Translations under genes and position numbers: made by a program | Notes under the pieces: generated by a model | Told to the model about the DNA's origin: nothing | Database searches by the model: none | Seen by the model: the letters and a program-made list of their open reading frames with translations, nothing else | Shown here: one piece after another, positions 1 to 7,865 of the stretch | Position numbering within the stretch: the stretch's first letter is position 1 | Layout: each line of letters opens with the position of its first letter | Assembly (NCBI GenBank): GCA_038215325.1 | Contig: JBBQQZ010000001.1 | Coordinates: 1-38,265, forward strand | Reading direction: 5' to 3' | Source of the DNA: Tepidisphaerales bacterium | Lineage (GTDB): Bacteria > Planctomycetota > Phycisphaerae > Tepidisphaerales > Tepidisphaeraceae | Length of the DNA stretch: 38,265 bases

Positions 1-521
1 TGTCTGAGGCGCTGCGGAGTTGGGGGCTGACGTCGACCGCCGCCCGGTCCGGCGAGGAGGCGCTGCGGTCGATCGACAATCACCCGGCGGACATTTTGCT
101 GGTCGACCTGAACCTTCCCGGAATCAGCGGGATCGAAACGCTTACCGAGCTTCGCAAACGCGGTATCGATGCGCCGGCGATCATCCTGACGGGGTTCGGC
201 GATCTGAAAGCGGCGCAGCAGGCGATCGAGCTGGGGGTGGTCGCGTTTCTGACCAAGCCCGCGCCGCTGGGGGAACTGGAGCAGGCGATCGATCGGGCGC
301 GAAAGCAGCTAAAGCCCGACCTGCCGATCATCGCGCCCGAGACGGTCGAGGGTGGGAAGCCGGTGAAGCTGGAGGAAATGGAGAAGCAGCACATCCTCGC
401 GACGCTGCGGAAGAACAACGGCAACCGCACCGCCACCGCGAAAGAGCTGGGCATTAGCCGCCGGACGTTGCAGTATCGGTTGGCGGAGTATCAGGAGAAG
501 GGGTGGGTGGAAGGGGAGTAG
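1..521 (+). CDS. Response regulator: CheY-like receiver + Fis-type HTH, no AAA+ module (5' end outside window)
   Basis: Frame 3 is open from the window edge (..EEALRSIDNHPADILLVDLNLPGISGIETLTELRKRG..ILTGFGDL..FLTKP = receiver). The C-terminus ATLRKNNGNRTATAKELGISRRTLQYRL is a Fis-family HTH. Stop TAG 519-521. Confidence 0.85.
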   Translation, partial: SEALRSWGLTSTAARSGEEALRSIDNHPADILLVDLNLPGISGIETLTELRKRGIDAPAIILTGFGDLKAAQQAIELGVVAFLTKPAPLGELEQAIDRARKQLKPDLPIIAPETVEGGKPVKLEEMEKQHILATLRKNNGNRTATAKELGISRRTLQYRLAEYQEKGWVEGE

Positions 522-525
522 GGGA

Positions 526-683
526 AATGATGAATGATGAATGATGAATGACGAATGACGAATGGGGAATGGCGAATGGCGAATGGGGAATGGCGGGCTG
601 ATGTCTGGTGTCTTCTCGTTCTGACCACTGACCACTCGCTACTGACCACTGACCCCCGGCGATTGACGAATGACGAATGGTTT
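526..683. repeat. Two phased heptamer arrays
   Basis: 526-595 is 10 contiguous 7-nt units: AATGATG x3, AATGACG x2, AATGGGG, AATGGCG x2, AATGGGG, AATGGCG. 621-676 is 8 units in one register: CTGACCA x2, CTCGCTA, CTGACCA, CTGACCC, CCGGCGA, TTGACGA, ATGACGA. 610-633 matches 27572-27595 at 22 of 24 positions. Confidence 0.85.
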
Positions 684-693
684 GGGAGTGAGA

Positions 694-3018
694 ATGGTTC
701 CGCGACTGGAGCAGAGCTGGCGGTGGTTTGGGCCGGGGGATGGGGTGACGCTGGCGGATATCCGCCAGGCGGGTGCGACGGCGGTGGTGACGGCGTTGCA
801 TCATGTGGCGTGTGGGGACGTGTGGACGATCGGGGAGATCGAGCAGCGTAAAGCCGAGATCGAGTCGGCCGGGCTGCGGTGGGCGGTCGTGGAGAGCGTG
901 CCGGTTCACGAGGACATCAAACGCCGGGCCGGCGAGTACGAACGGTATCTCGATCACTACTGCCAATCGCTGCGGAACCTGGGCGCGTGCGGCATAGGGG
1001 TCGTTTGCTACAACTTCATGGCGGTGACGGACTGGACGCGGACGAACCTGTCGATGCGGCTGCCGACGGGGGCGTTGGCGCTGCGGTTCGACCAGGTGGA
1101 CGCGGCCGCGTTTGATCTGTTTGAACTGAAGCGGGCGGACGCCAAGAACGACTACGCCGACGACCTCCGCGCTAAGGCCGCCGAGCGGTGGGAGGCGATG
1201 TCGGACGAGGAGCGACGGCAACTCTCCAAAGTCATTCTGATGGGCCTGCCCGGGACGGTCGGCGATTTGAGTGTGCCGGAGTTTCGCGCGCGGCTGGAGC
1301 AGTACGCCCGAATCGATTCGGATCAGCTTCGAGATAGTCACAAGGCGTTTTTGCAGCGCGTGATCCCGGCCGCTGAAGGCGCGGGCGTGGTGCTGGCGAT
1401 CCATCCCGACGACCCGCCATTCCCGATGTTCGGCCTGCCGCGAATTGCGGGGGATGAGGCGGGGCTGAAACGCATCATCGACGCGGTGGATTCGCCGGCC
1501 AACGGCATCACGTTCTGCTCGGGATCGCTCGGGGCGCTATCCACCAACGACTTGCCGGGAATCATCGATCGCCTCGGACATCGCATCCACTTCCTCCACC
1601 TGCGCAGCGTGCAGCGCGAGGCGGATGGGAGTTTTTACGAGGCCGATCACCTCGCCGGCAGCACCGATATGAGTGCGATCATGTCCGCCGCGATCAGGCT
1701 GATGCGCAGGCGTGGCGAGTCGATCCCGATGCGGCCGGACCATGGGCATCTGATGCTCAGCGACGTGCAAAACAACCGCTTCTACCCCGGCTATTCATTG
1801 CTCGGACGCATGAAGGGCTTGGCGGAGTTGCGCGGACTGGAGATGGGTATGCGAAGTGCGATGCGAGGCGGTTGGCAGGCGGACCCGGCGATGGTCGAGC
1901 GGTTTAAAACGCAGAGGCCGCACTGCGAGTTCGATGAATCGAAAGTGCCGGCCTACACGCTGCCATCGGTGCTGGCGGATCGAGCGACGACCGCCGAAAC
2001 GTGGAACGTGCGGCGAGAGGAGATCGTCGAACTCTTCCGCGCGAACGTGTTCGGCCACGGGCCGGCGAAGCCGGACGAGGTTGTGTTTGAGGTGGTCGAA
2101 TCCGATCCGCACGCAATGTCTGGCCGCGCGACGCTAAAGCGCGTCGAAATCCGGTCGAGCTACCGGGGCGCAACGCACCGGTTCGAACTGACGCTGTTCA
2201 TCCCCAACGGCGCGAACAAGCCCGCCCCGGCGGTCTTGCTGATCAACATCCGCGCGCAAAATTTGACCGATCCGGCTCATCGCCAGCAGTCCGATTTCTG
2301 GCGCGCTGAGGCGTTGATCGATCGCGGTTACACGGCCGCGGCGTTCCATGTGGGCGATCTGGCGCCGGATGACGTCAACACCTGGCGGGACGGCGCGGCC
2401 AGACTATTCGAAGGCGACCAAGACGACTTCGGCGCACTGGCGATCTGGGCCTGGGGCGCGAGTCGCTGCGCCGATTACCTGTCGCAGGACACACAGATCG
2501 ACGCCAGCAAGCTGGTCGTCGTCGGCCACTCGCGCGGGGGGAAGACGGCGCTGTGGGCGGGCGCGAATGACCAGCGATTCTCGATCGTCATCGCCAACGA
2601 ATCCGGCGCCGGCGGGGCGGCGATCGCGCGCCGCCGAATCGGTGAAACGCCGGCGGCCATGAACGGAATGTTCCCGCACTGGTTCAACGCGACGTACAAG
2701 TCTCACTCCGCCGACGTCTCGGATATGCCGGTCGATCATCACCAGCTCATCGCCTCCATCGCGCCCCGCGCCGTCTACGTCGCCAGCGCCGCAGACGATC
2801 TATGGGCCGACCCGAAAGGCGAGTTTCAGTCGCTCGCCCACGCGAACCCCGCGTTCGACCTCTTCGGCGATCTTCCGATCGATCCCGACGCGATGCCGCC
2901 CTTGGAGACCCCGCTCATCGAAGGCCGCCGCGGGTATCACGTCCGCCGTGGGCCGCATGGGATGAACCGGTACGACTGGGACCGGTTCATGGATTTTGCC
3001 GATCAGCAGTTCCGCTGA
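694..3018 (+). CDS. uxuA: Fusion protein: mannonate dehydratase (UxuA) N-terminal half + CE15-like glucuronoyl esterase C-terminal half
   Basis: ATG 694 follows GGGAG. The N-terminal half is collinear with E. coli UxuA as I remember it (EQSWRWFGP, TALHH, VVESVPVHEDIK, CYNFMAVTDWTRT, HPDDPP, GLPRI, MRPDHGH). The C-terminal half has DESKVPAYTLP, VVGHSRGGKTALWAGANDQRF, ESGAGG and RRGPHGMNRYDW. Start chosen at the 9th codon of the 670..3018 ORF. Confidence 0.85.
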   Translation: MVPRLEQSWRWFGPGDGVTLADIRQAGATAVVTALHHVACGDVWTIGEIEQRKAEIESAGLRWAVVESVPVHEDIKRRAGEYERYLDHYCQSLRNLGACGIGVVCYNFMAVTDWTRTNLSMRLPTGALALRFDQVDAAAFDLFELKRADAKNDYADDLRAKAAERWEAMSDEERRQLSKVILMGLPGTVGDLSVPEFRARLEQYARIDSDQLRDSHKAFLQRVIPAAEGAGVVLAIHPDDPPFPMFGLPRIAGDEAGLKRIIDAVDSPANGITFCSGSLGALSTNDLPGIIDRLGHRIHFLHLRSVQREADGSFYEADHLAGSTDMSAIMSAAIRLMRRRGESIPMRPDHGHLMLSDVQNNRFYPGYSLLGRMKGLAELRGLEMGMRSAMRGGWQADPAMVERFKTQRPHCEFDESKVPAYTLPSVLADRATTAETWNVRREEIVELFRANVFGHGPAKPDEVVFEVVESDPHAMSGRATLKRVEIRSSYRGATHRFELTLFIPNGANKPAPAVLLINIRAQNLTDPAHRQQSDFWRAEALIDRGYTAAAFHVGDLAPDDVNTWRDGAARLFEGDQDDFGALAIWAWGASRCADYLSQDTQIDASKLVVVGHSRGGKTALWAGANDQRFSIVIANESGAGGAAIARRRIGETPAAMNGMFPHWFNATYKSHSADVSDMPVDHHQLIASIAPRAVYVASAADDLWADPKGEFQSLAHANPAFDLFGDLPIDPDAMPPLETPLIEGRRGYHVRRGPHGMNRYDWDRFMDFADQQFR

Positions 3019-3027
3019 TTCGCGATT

Positions 3028-3189
3028 GGCCACAGAGACACCGAGGCACAGAGAGAAGCCCAGCCACGAATCACACGAATGGGCACGAATGAATTCATTC
3101 GCATCTGCTATTATTCGTGTTCATTCGTGAAAATTCGTGGCTCAATCCGCATTTCCTCTGTGCCGCTGTGCCTCTCTGTTTCTGTGGCC
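3028..3189. repeat. Composite palindromic element (outer CACAGAG-type arms, inner CACGAAT arms)
   Basis: Left arm: GGCCACAGAGACACCGAGGCACAGAGAG...CCACGAATCACACGAATGGGCACGAATGAATTCATTCG. Right arm: ATTCGTGTTCATTCGTGAAAATTCGTGG...CCTCTGTGCCGCTGTGCCTCTCTGTTTCTGTGGCC. The centre is at GAATTC, about 3092-3097. Confidence 0.8.
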
Positions 3190-3268
3190 CATTCCAGAAA
3201 GCAGATCAAGATTCGCCATCGCGAGTGAACCCGGATAGGATTGCACGACTTTTATTGAAGGAGCTTCC

Positions 3269-3751
3269 ATGCCCAAGAGTTACAAGTCCGCGCCGGAAAT
3301 GTCGATCGACCCGAAGAAGAAGTTCACCGCCACGTTTGAGACGTCGCGCGGGACGATCGTGGTCGAGTTGTTCGCCGACCGCGCGCCGGTTACCGTCAAC
3401 AACTTCGTCTTCCTCGCGAAGGACGGCTTTTTTGACGGGACCGTGTTCCATCGCGTGATCAACGATTTCATGGTCCAAGGCGGCGACCCCGAAGGCTCCG
3501 GCCGGGGTGGGCCGGGGTACAAGTGGGCGGATGAAAAGGCGGCGCTGGCGATCCCGCACCAGAAGGGCAGCCTGAGCATGGCGAACGCAGGCCCGAACAC
3601 CAACGGCAGCCAGTTCTTCATCACCCACATCGCCACCGACTGGCTCAACGGCAAACACGCCGTCTTCGGCCAAGTCACGTCCGGCCAGGACATCGTCGAT
3701 GCGACCAAGCAAAGCGATACGCTGAAGAAACTTACGATCACGGAAGCGTGA
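3269..3751 (+). CDS. ppiB: Peptidyl-prolyl cis-trans isomerase, cyclophilin type
   Basis: AAGGAG lies 7 nt upstream of the ATG. Motifs: [41 protein letters not shown]. No signal peptide. Confidence 0.93.
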   Translation: MPKSYKSAPEMSIDPKKKFTATFETSRGTIVVELFADRAPVTVNNFVFLAKDGFFDGTVFHRVINDFMVQGGDPEGSGRGGPGYKWADEKAALAIPHQKGSLSMANAGPNTNGSQFFITHIATDWLNGKHAVFGQVTSGQDIVDATKQSDTLKKLTITEA

Positions 3752-3874
3752 TCCACGAATCTTCACGAATCGGCACGAATGAACTCAGAACGAGGCGGCC
3801 ACTGCCTGACGGCGGGGGCCGCCCGTCTTTCTTATTCTTGTTCTTATTTGTGTCGATTCGTGAAGATTCGTGGA
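3752..3874. repeat. CACGAAT-family palindromic element filling the whole ppiB/panD convergent gap
   Basis: Left arm TCCACGAATCTTCACGAATCGGCACGAATGA (3752-3782; CACGAAT every 10 nt). Right arm GTCGATTCGTGAAGATTCGTGGA (3852-3874). It starts 1 nt after the ppiB stop and ends 1 nt before the panD stop. Confidence 0.85.
3794..3848 (+). terminator. Intrinsic terminator of ppiB, embedded in the repeat
   Basis: Stem GGCGGCC (3794-3800) pairs with GGCCGCC (3817-3823), followed by the T-rich tract GTCTTTCTTATTCTTGTTCTTATTTG. Confidence 0.6.
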
Positions 3875-4258
3875 CTAAACAGGCGGCAGTTTGGACGGGT
3901 GATCGACCTGTTCGGTGATCAGGTTGGTCTGGTTCAGGATCAGCACGCGCGCCTTGTGGGTGTCGATCTCGGATTCGTTAACCCAGTCGAATGCCATGAT
4001 GATTACGCGGTTGCCGACCTTGGTAAGCCGGGCGGCGGCGCCGTTGACGCCGATCACGCCGGAACCGGCTTCGCCGGGGATGATGTAGGTCTCGAAGCGA
4101 TTGCCGTTTTCACAGTCGGCGACCAGCACCGCCTCGTTGGGCCTCAGCCCCGCGGCGGCGAGCAGACGCATGTCGATGGTGATGCTCCCGTGGTAGTTCA
4201 CGTCGGTGAAGGTCACCCGGGCCTGATGGAGCTTGGCGCGAAGCAGCTTGCGAAACAT
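3875..4258 (-). CDS. panD: Aspartate 1-decarboxylase
   Basis: MFRKLLRAKLHQARVTFTDVNYHGSITID..NGNRFETYII..VNGAAARL..GNRVIIMAF. The self-cleavage Gly-Ser context (YHGSITID) is present. Start set at the Met matching the family N-terminus; the 203-aa ORF upstream of it looks non-coding. Confidence 0.9.
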   Translation of the reverse strand: MFRKLLRAKLHQARVTFTDVNYHGSITIDMRLLAAAGLRPNEAVLVADCENGNRFETYIIPGEAGSGVIGVNGAAARLTKVGNRVIIMAFDWVNESEIDTHKARVLILNQTNLITEQVDHPSKLPPV

Positions 4259-4351
4259 GGAACACATCATCTTAACCGAATTCATCGCGCACGGCACGGG
4301 GGGGCGCATCGGATTTGCATCAGCGTCGTTCCGATGCACAATCGGCCGCCA

Positions 4352-6286
4352 ATGAGCGACCTGTCTGAACCCATCGTTCCGTCTGTTCGTTGTTGGCAAC
4401 TGGCAATCATTCCATTGCCGATCACCATCCTCGAAGGTCCGTCGGGTCCGCATCGGCCGAGGGGGTGTTTTGTCGTGGATGTGCAATCGGGTTACTGCTT
4501 CAAGCCCGAGATTGCTTCGCCGGAGACGGGCATTGTCGATCTAGCGATGGCGTCGCTGGCGAGCGCGCTTGAGAAATCGCAGGGGCGTTGGCCTGAGATG
4601 ATTCAAGTTCGCGACCCCGAACTGGCGACCGCGTTGCGGCCGGCGCTGGCGGGGAAGGGCGTTCGCGTCGAAGTGTCGGAGTCGCTGGAGATGCTCGACG
4701 AGGTGACGACATCTTTTCTGGACCACGTCGCGCCCGGCACATTGCCCAGTTGGCTGGACGAGCCGGGGACGGATGCCGATCTGCTCCGCTTTTTCGCCTC
4801 GTCCGCGGCGCGGTATCACGCGGCGGCACCGTGGCGTCTGCTTCATGACGACGATGTGATCGTGATCGAATCCCCACAAGCGCCCCCAGGCATGGCGGCG
4901 GCGTCGGTGCTCGGGGCGGGCGGGGAAGTGTTTGGGATCGCTTTCCACGCCAGCCTGAAAGAAGGCGATGCCTTGAGTGACGGCGAGAGATTAGAAGAGA
5001 AGTGGTCGCGGTACAGCCTGATGTTTCACGAATTTGTGGACACCCCGCCGAGAGATTCTGAATTGTGGCAGGATCTTGGCCTGGCGACCGTCGGCGACAC
5101 TGATCTGCAACCCGTATTCTTTCGGTACTCCGATTCCGGCCATGAACGTCCCAGCGCCGAGCACACCCGCTTTGCCGCCGGTGTCTGCTACGCGATGGCG
5201 ATGGCAACCGAAGCCCAGATCGACTCCGGCCGATGGGAGCAGGTCGTCCCCACGCCGGCGGGTCCGGTCGTGTACCGGCTGACGATCCCGCACCTGCTCG
5301 AGCAGCCCATCCCGCTTCGCCAGGGGCCGATGGTCGACCGGCGCGAGATGGAACAAACGCACTTTCGATTCACGCACATGGCACGCAAAGCCGGGTGCAA
5401 GACAACGGAGGAAATGAGCGCATTTGCCCAAACGCACATGATTGGAAAGCGCATCGACGAGGTCGCCAATTCGTTCGAAGATCCAAAAGACATCGCGCTG
5501 GACCTGTGCTACTCGTCGCTGCGCCACTATTCCCGCCGCCGCATGCGTGACCTGCTCGAGGCGCTGAAGCTCGATCCCGACTGCGCCGAGGCGTACGTGA
5601 TGCTGGCGGAGCTGGCGAGCAACGACGTTGATCGCTGCGACCTATACCAACGCGCCGCCGAAGCCGGCCGGCGCCGGTTGGGGGAAGAGGCCTTCGCCGA
5701 TCCGGAATATCCCTTCTGGAGAACGATCGAATCGCGCTCGTACATGCGAGCGATCCAGGGCCTCGCCGACACCAGTCTTCTGATGGACCGGTTCGACGAC
5801 AGTGCCGCGAAGTACAGGGAACTGCTGGAGCTAAATCCCGGCGATAACCAAGGCGCACGGTACCTGCTGGTTGAGGCCCTGATCGCCGGCGATCGGCTGG
5901 CGGAGGCGGTCAGGACGGTTCGCACGGTGCTGCTGGCCAAGCAGGACGTCAGCGCCTTGGGCGAGTGGGTGGAGGCGGTTTTCGCGTTCGTTACCAACGA
6001 CCCCGAGCAAACCACCGCACTGCGCCAGGCGGCGAAGAAGAACCGGCTGGTACCGTACTGCCTCGACGGTGAGGAGGATTCAGACGATTCCGGCCCCTGG
6101 ACTCCCGGCAGCCTCGAAGAGGCGGTTTGGATCGCGGATGCAATCGGGCCGGCCTTCGGGACTGAGGACCTCTCGGAAGACTTCATTCGCCGGGCAAAGG
6201 CGGCTACTGTCTCACTGGACCGCAAGGTGAGAAAGCTCAACAGCGACCGTCCGGCGGCAAAGAAGGCGCGTCGGAAGAAGAAGTGA
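4352..6286 (+). CDS. Hypothetical protein with ST7-like/TPR-like C-terminal region and Lys/Arg-rich tail
   Basis: Long GC3-rich ORF. The C-terminal half has LDPDCAEAYVMLAE..FWRTIESRSYMRAIQGLA..LELNPGDNQGARYLL, which I recall from ST7-like TPR proteins. Start moved to ATG 4352 because the upstream part of the 835-aa ORF is antisense to panD. Confidence 0.6.
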   Translation: MSDLSEPIVPSVRCWQLAIIPLPITILEGPSGPHRPRGCFVVDVQSGYCFKPEIASPETGIVDLAMASLASALEKSQGRWPEMIQVRDPELATALRPALAGKGVRVEVSESLEMLDEVTTSFLDHVAPGTLPSWLDEPGTDADLLRFFASSAARYHAAAPWRLLHDDDVIVIESPQAPPGMAAASVLGAGGEVFGIAFHASLKEGDALSDGERLEEKWSRYSLMFHEFVDTPPRDSELWQDLGLATVGDTDLQPVFFRYSDSGHERPSAEHTRFAAGVCYAMAMATEAQIDSGRWEQVVPTPAGPVVYRLTIPHLLEQPIPLRQGPMVDRREMEQTHFRFTHMARKAGCKTTEEMSAFAQTHMIGKRIDEVANSFEDPKDIALDLCYSSLRHYSRRRMRDLLEALKLDPDCAEAYVMLAELASNDVDRCDLYQRAAEAGRRRLGEEAFADPEYPFWRTIESRSYMRAIQGLADTSLLMDRFDDSAAKYRELLELNPGDNQGARYLLVEALIAGDRLAEAVRTVRTVLLAKQDVSALGEWVEAVFAFVTNDPEQTTALRQAAKKNRLVPYCLDGEEDSDDSGPWTPGSLEEAVWIADAIGPAFGTEDLSEDFIRRAKAATVSLDRKVRKLNSDRPAAKKARRKKK

Positions 6287-6355
6287 ACGAATCGGGTGTC
6301 GATCGCCGATAACGACCTATAAGGCGGACCTGGGTCTCGCCCGTCACGGACGACC

Positions 6356-7480
6356 ATGCCCAATCCCTATCTCACGAACCTCGCCGACCTACAGCAGCTT
6401 GAGGCCCGGCTGGACCAGCGCCTCGCGCTCATCAGCAAGGCCGAGACGAATCTGAAAGGCCTCTTCGAAGCCCTTCGTCTACAGGTGGGAGACGCCTATC
6501 CCGTCCTGGAAGACCTGAAGAAGACGCTCCCCTTGTGTCGCCAGCAGGTGGACGAAGCGAAGCTGAACGGCATGGCCGACCGGATCGAAATGGAGATGGC
6601 CGGGCGGTTGCACGAATCGCTGGATCTCGCGAAAGACGAACTTCGTGGTGTCGCCGGCCCGCTGAGGCAGGAAATCACTGCGGAACTGCGGACGGTCGTG
6701 GTCGCGATCAAGTCGGAGATGGAGGCGATGAAACCCGCGCCGCCGGATGCCACCGAAGCCGCCGCCGCGCTTACGCAGATGGCCGACGCATTCCGCGAAG
6801 AGGCCCGCGCCACGCTCGATACCATCCGCCAGTCGATGCTTGACCAGCTCGACCTGCTTCAATCGGACGCACGTCTTCACGTCGATCCGATCCTTTCGCA
6901 GCTCACCGCCTCCCAGTCCGCCGCCGAGGCGCAGATCAAGGGGGCGGTCGAAGCGCAGGAGCGGGCGCTCCAGCAGCGCGTCCAGCAGCTCACCCGCAGC
7001 GTCGATGAGATCGCCACGGTGATGGAGGAGCGTCTCACGCAACGGGTGGTCTCGATGCAGAAGCGCGCCACCGACAAGATCGCCGCCACCGAGCCGATCC
7101 TCCAATCGCGCATCAACCGCTCGCTCGAACAGGCCCACCTCGCCGCCGACGTCGCTGCGGAGAAACTTCAGACAAGACTCGACGCCATCCGCCCGCGGCT
7201 TGATGAGCAACTCAACGACGCCGACCGGCATTTGCTCGAACGTCTCAAGCGAATGGACGAGCACGCCACGAGCATGTCGAGCTATCTCGAACAGAAACTC
7301 AGCTCGCACGTCGAAGAGCTGATCCAGCGCCTGCGTCTGAAGCTCCAGCAGGAGATCGCCGCCGTCACCGGAACCGCTTCTCCGATGTCCCGCGCCGAAC
7401 CGGCGATCGCCCCGGCGCGTCCGAAACTCGAAGTCGAAGTCTTCGTCAACAAGCGCCAGGACAAACCCGTCGCCGCGTAG
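6356..7480 (+). CDS. Coiled-coil / apolipoprotein-like all-helical protein (hypothetical)
   Basis: 374 codons with strong GC3 bias on the + strand. Rich in A/E/L/Q/R with no Cys-rich or TM regions. The 344-aa antisense ORF has shadow-ORF composition. Confidence 0.65.
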   Translation: MPNPYLTNLADLQQLEARLDQRLALISKAETNLKGLFEALRLQVGDAYPVLEDLKKTLPLCRQQVDEAKLNGMADRIEMEMAGRLHESLDLAKDELRGVAGPLRQEITAELRTVVVAIKSEMEAMKPAPPDATEAAAALTQMADAFREEARATLDTIRQSMLDQLDLLQSDARLHVDPILSQLTASQSAAEAQIKGAVEAQERALQQRVQQLTRSVDEIATVMEERLTQRVVSMQKRATDKIAATEPILQSRINRSLEQAHLAADVAAEKLQTRLDAIRPRLDEQLNDADRHLLERLKRMDEHATSMSSYLEQKLSSHVEELIQRLRLKLQQEIAAVTGTASPMSRAEPAIAPARPKLEVEVFVNKRQDKPVAA

Positions 7481-7659
7481 CGTGAGCTTACGATTCGCCG
7501 CGGAGCGCACCACTCCGCTGCGCGTCGCGGCTAACCATCTACTGCAAGACCTCTCAACGTTGCATCGCGATCACAGCCGCCGTCGGTAGGGTGATGAGCT
7601 GGAGATCGCCCGGTATGCCCATCCGACCCAAGCTCATAATCTGCCTCGCACGCAGAAAA

Positions 7660-7724
7660 ACGAAAAATAATTGAGAAAAAAGGCGGCGCGCTGCGCGTTT
7701 GTCGTGACAAAGGCGCAGCGCCGC
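7660..7724 (-). terminator. Orphan intrinsic terminator on the minus strand
   Basis: A stem of about 15 bp (7686-7701 pairs with 7708-7724, loop TCGTGA, one mismatch). On the minus strand it is followed at once by TTTTTTCTCAATTATTTTTCGTTTTTC. No T-run follows it on the plus strand. Confidence 0.6.
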
Positions 7725-7860
7725 ACGTCTATACGGAGAGGGTTCGTGCCGGTTGCCATCCAGCCTGCGGACAAGGGGGCGGCGCGCCGAAAGCCGACGC
7801 GCTGTGCAGTCGTACCGTTGCGGCGGATTTGGGGTATGATCCGCACCCCAGAATGAGGAC
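7676..7860 (-). ncRNA. Candidate small RNA implied by the orphan terminator (5' end unknown, class unknown)
   Basis: The only gene to the right (7866..) is on the + strand. The 7725-7860 interval is GC-rich with several local hairpins and has no credible ORF. Confidence 0.25.
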
Positions 7861-7865
7861 TACGA

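Noticed and set aside
526-595. CRISPR-like array
   Set aside because: The units are 7 nt and directly contiguous with no spacers, and there are no cas genes in the window. This is a microsatellite-like tandem repeat, not a CRISPR. The same applies to the other heptamer arrays.
454-1404. 316-aa minus-strand ORF
   Set aside because: It is antisense to the strongly supported uxuA region and runs through the heptamer arrays. Its Arg/Pro/His-rich composition is typical of shadow ORFs in high-GC DNA.
3779-4351. N-terminal 190 codons of the 835-aa plus-strand ORF
   Set aside because: This part is antisense to panD and to the repeat element, and its composition looks non-coding. The credible protein starts at ATG 4352.
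6479-7513. 344-aa minus-strand ORF opposite the coiled-coil gene
   Set aside because: GC3 bias and a sensible amino-acid composition are on the plus strand. The minus frame is Arg/Gly/Asp-rich shadow sequence.
7634-7846. 70-aa minus-strand ORF that could be the gene served by the orphan terminator
   Set aside because: The ORF reads straight through the terminator hairpin and U-tract, has no RBS, and has an implausible composition.
7823-7850. H-type pseudoknot (GCGGAT / TGGGGT / ATCCGC / ACCCCA interleaved) just upstream of the TMTC-like start
   Set aside because: The four segments are truly interleaved and complementary. But the connecting loops are 1, 3 and 0 nt, too short to span two 6-bp helices. 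At most these are two mutually exclusive hairpins, and there is no evidence for a switch.
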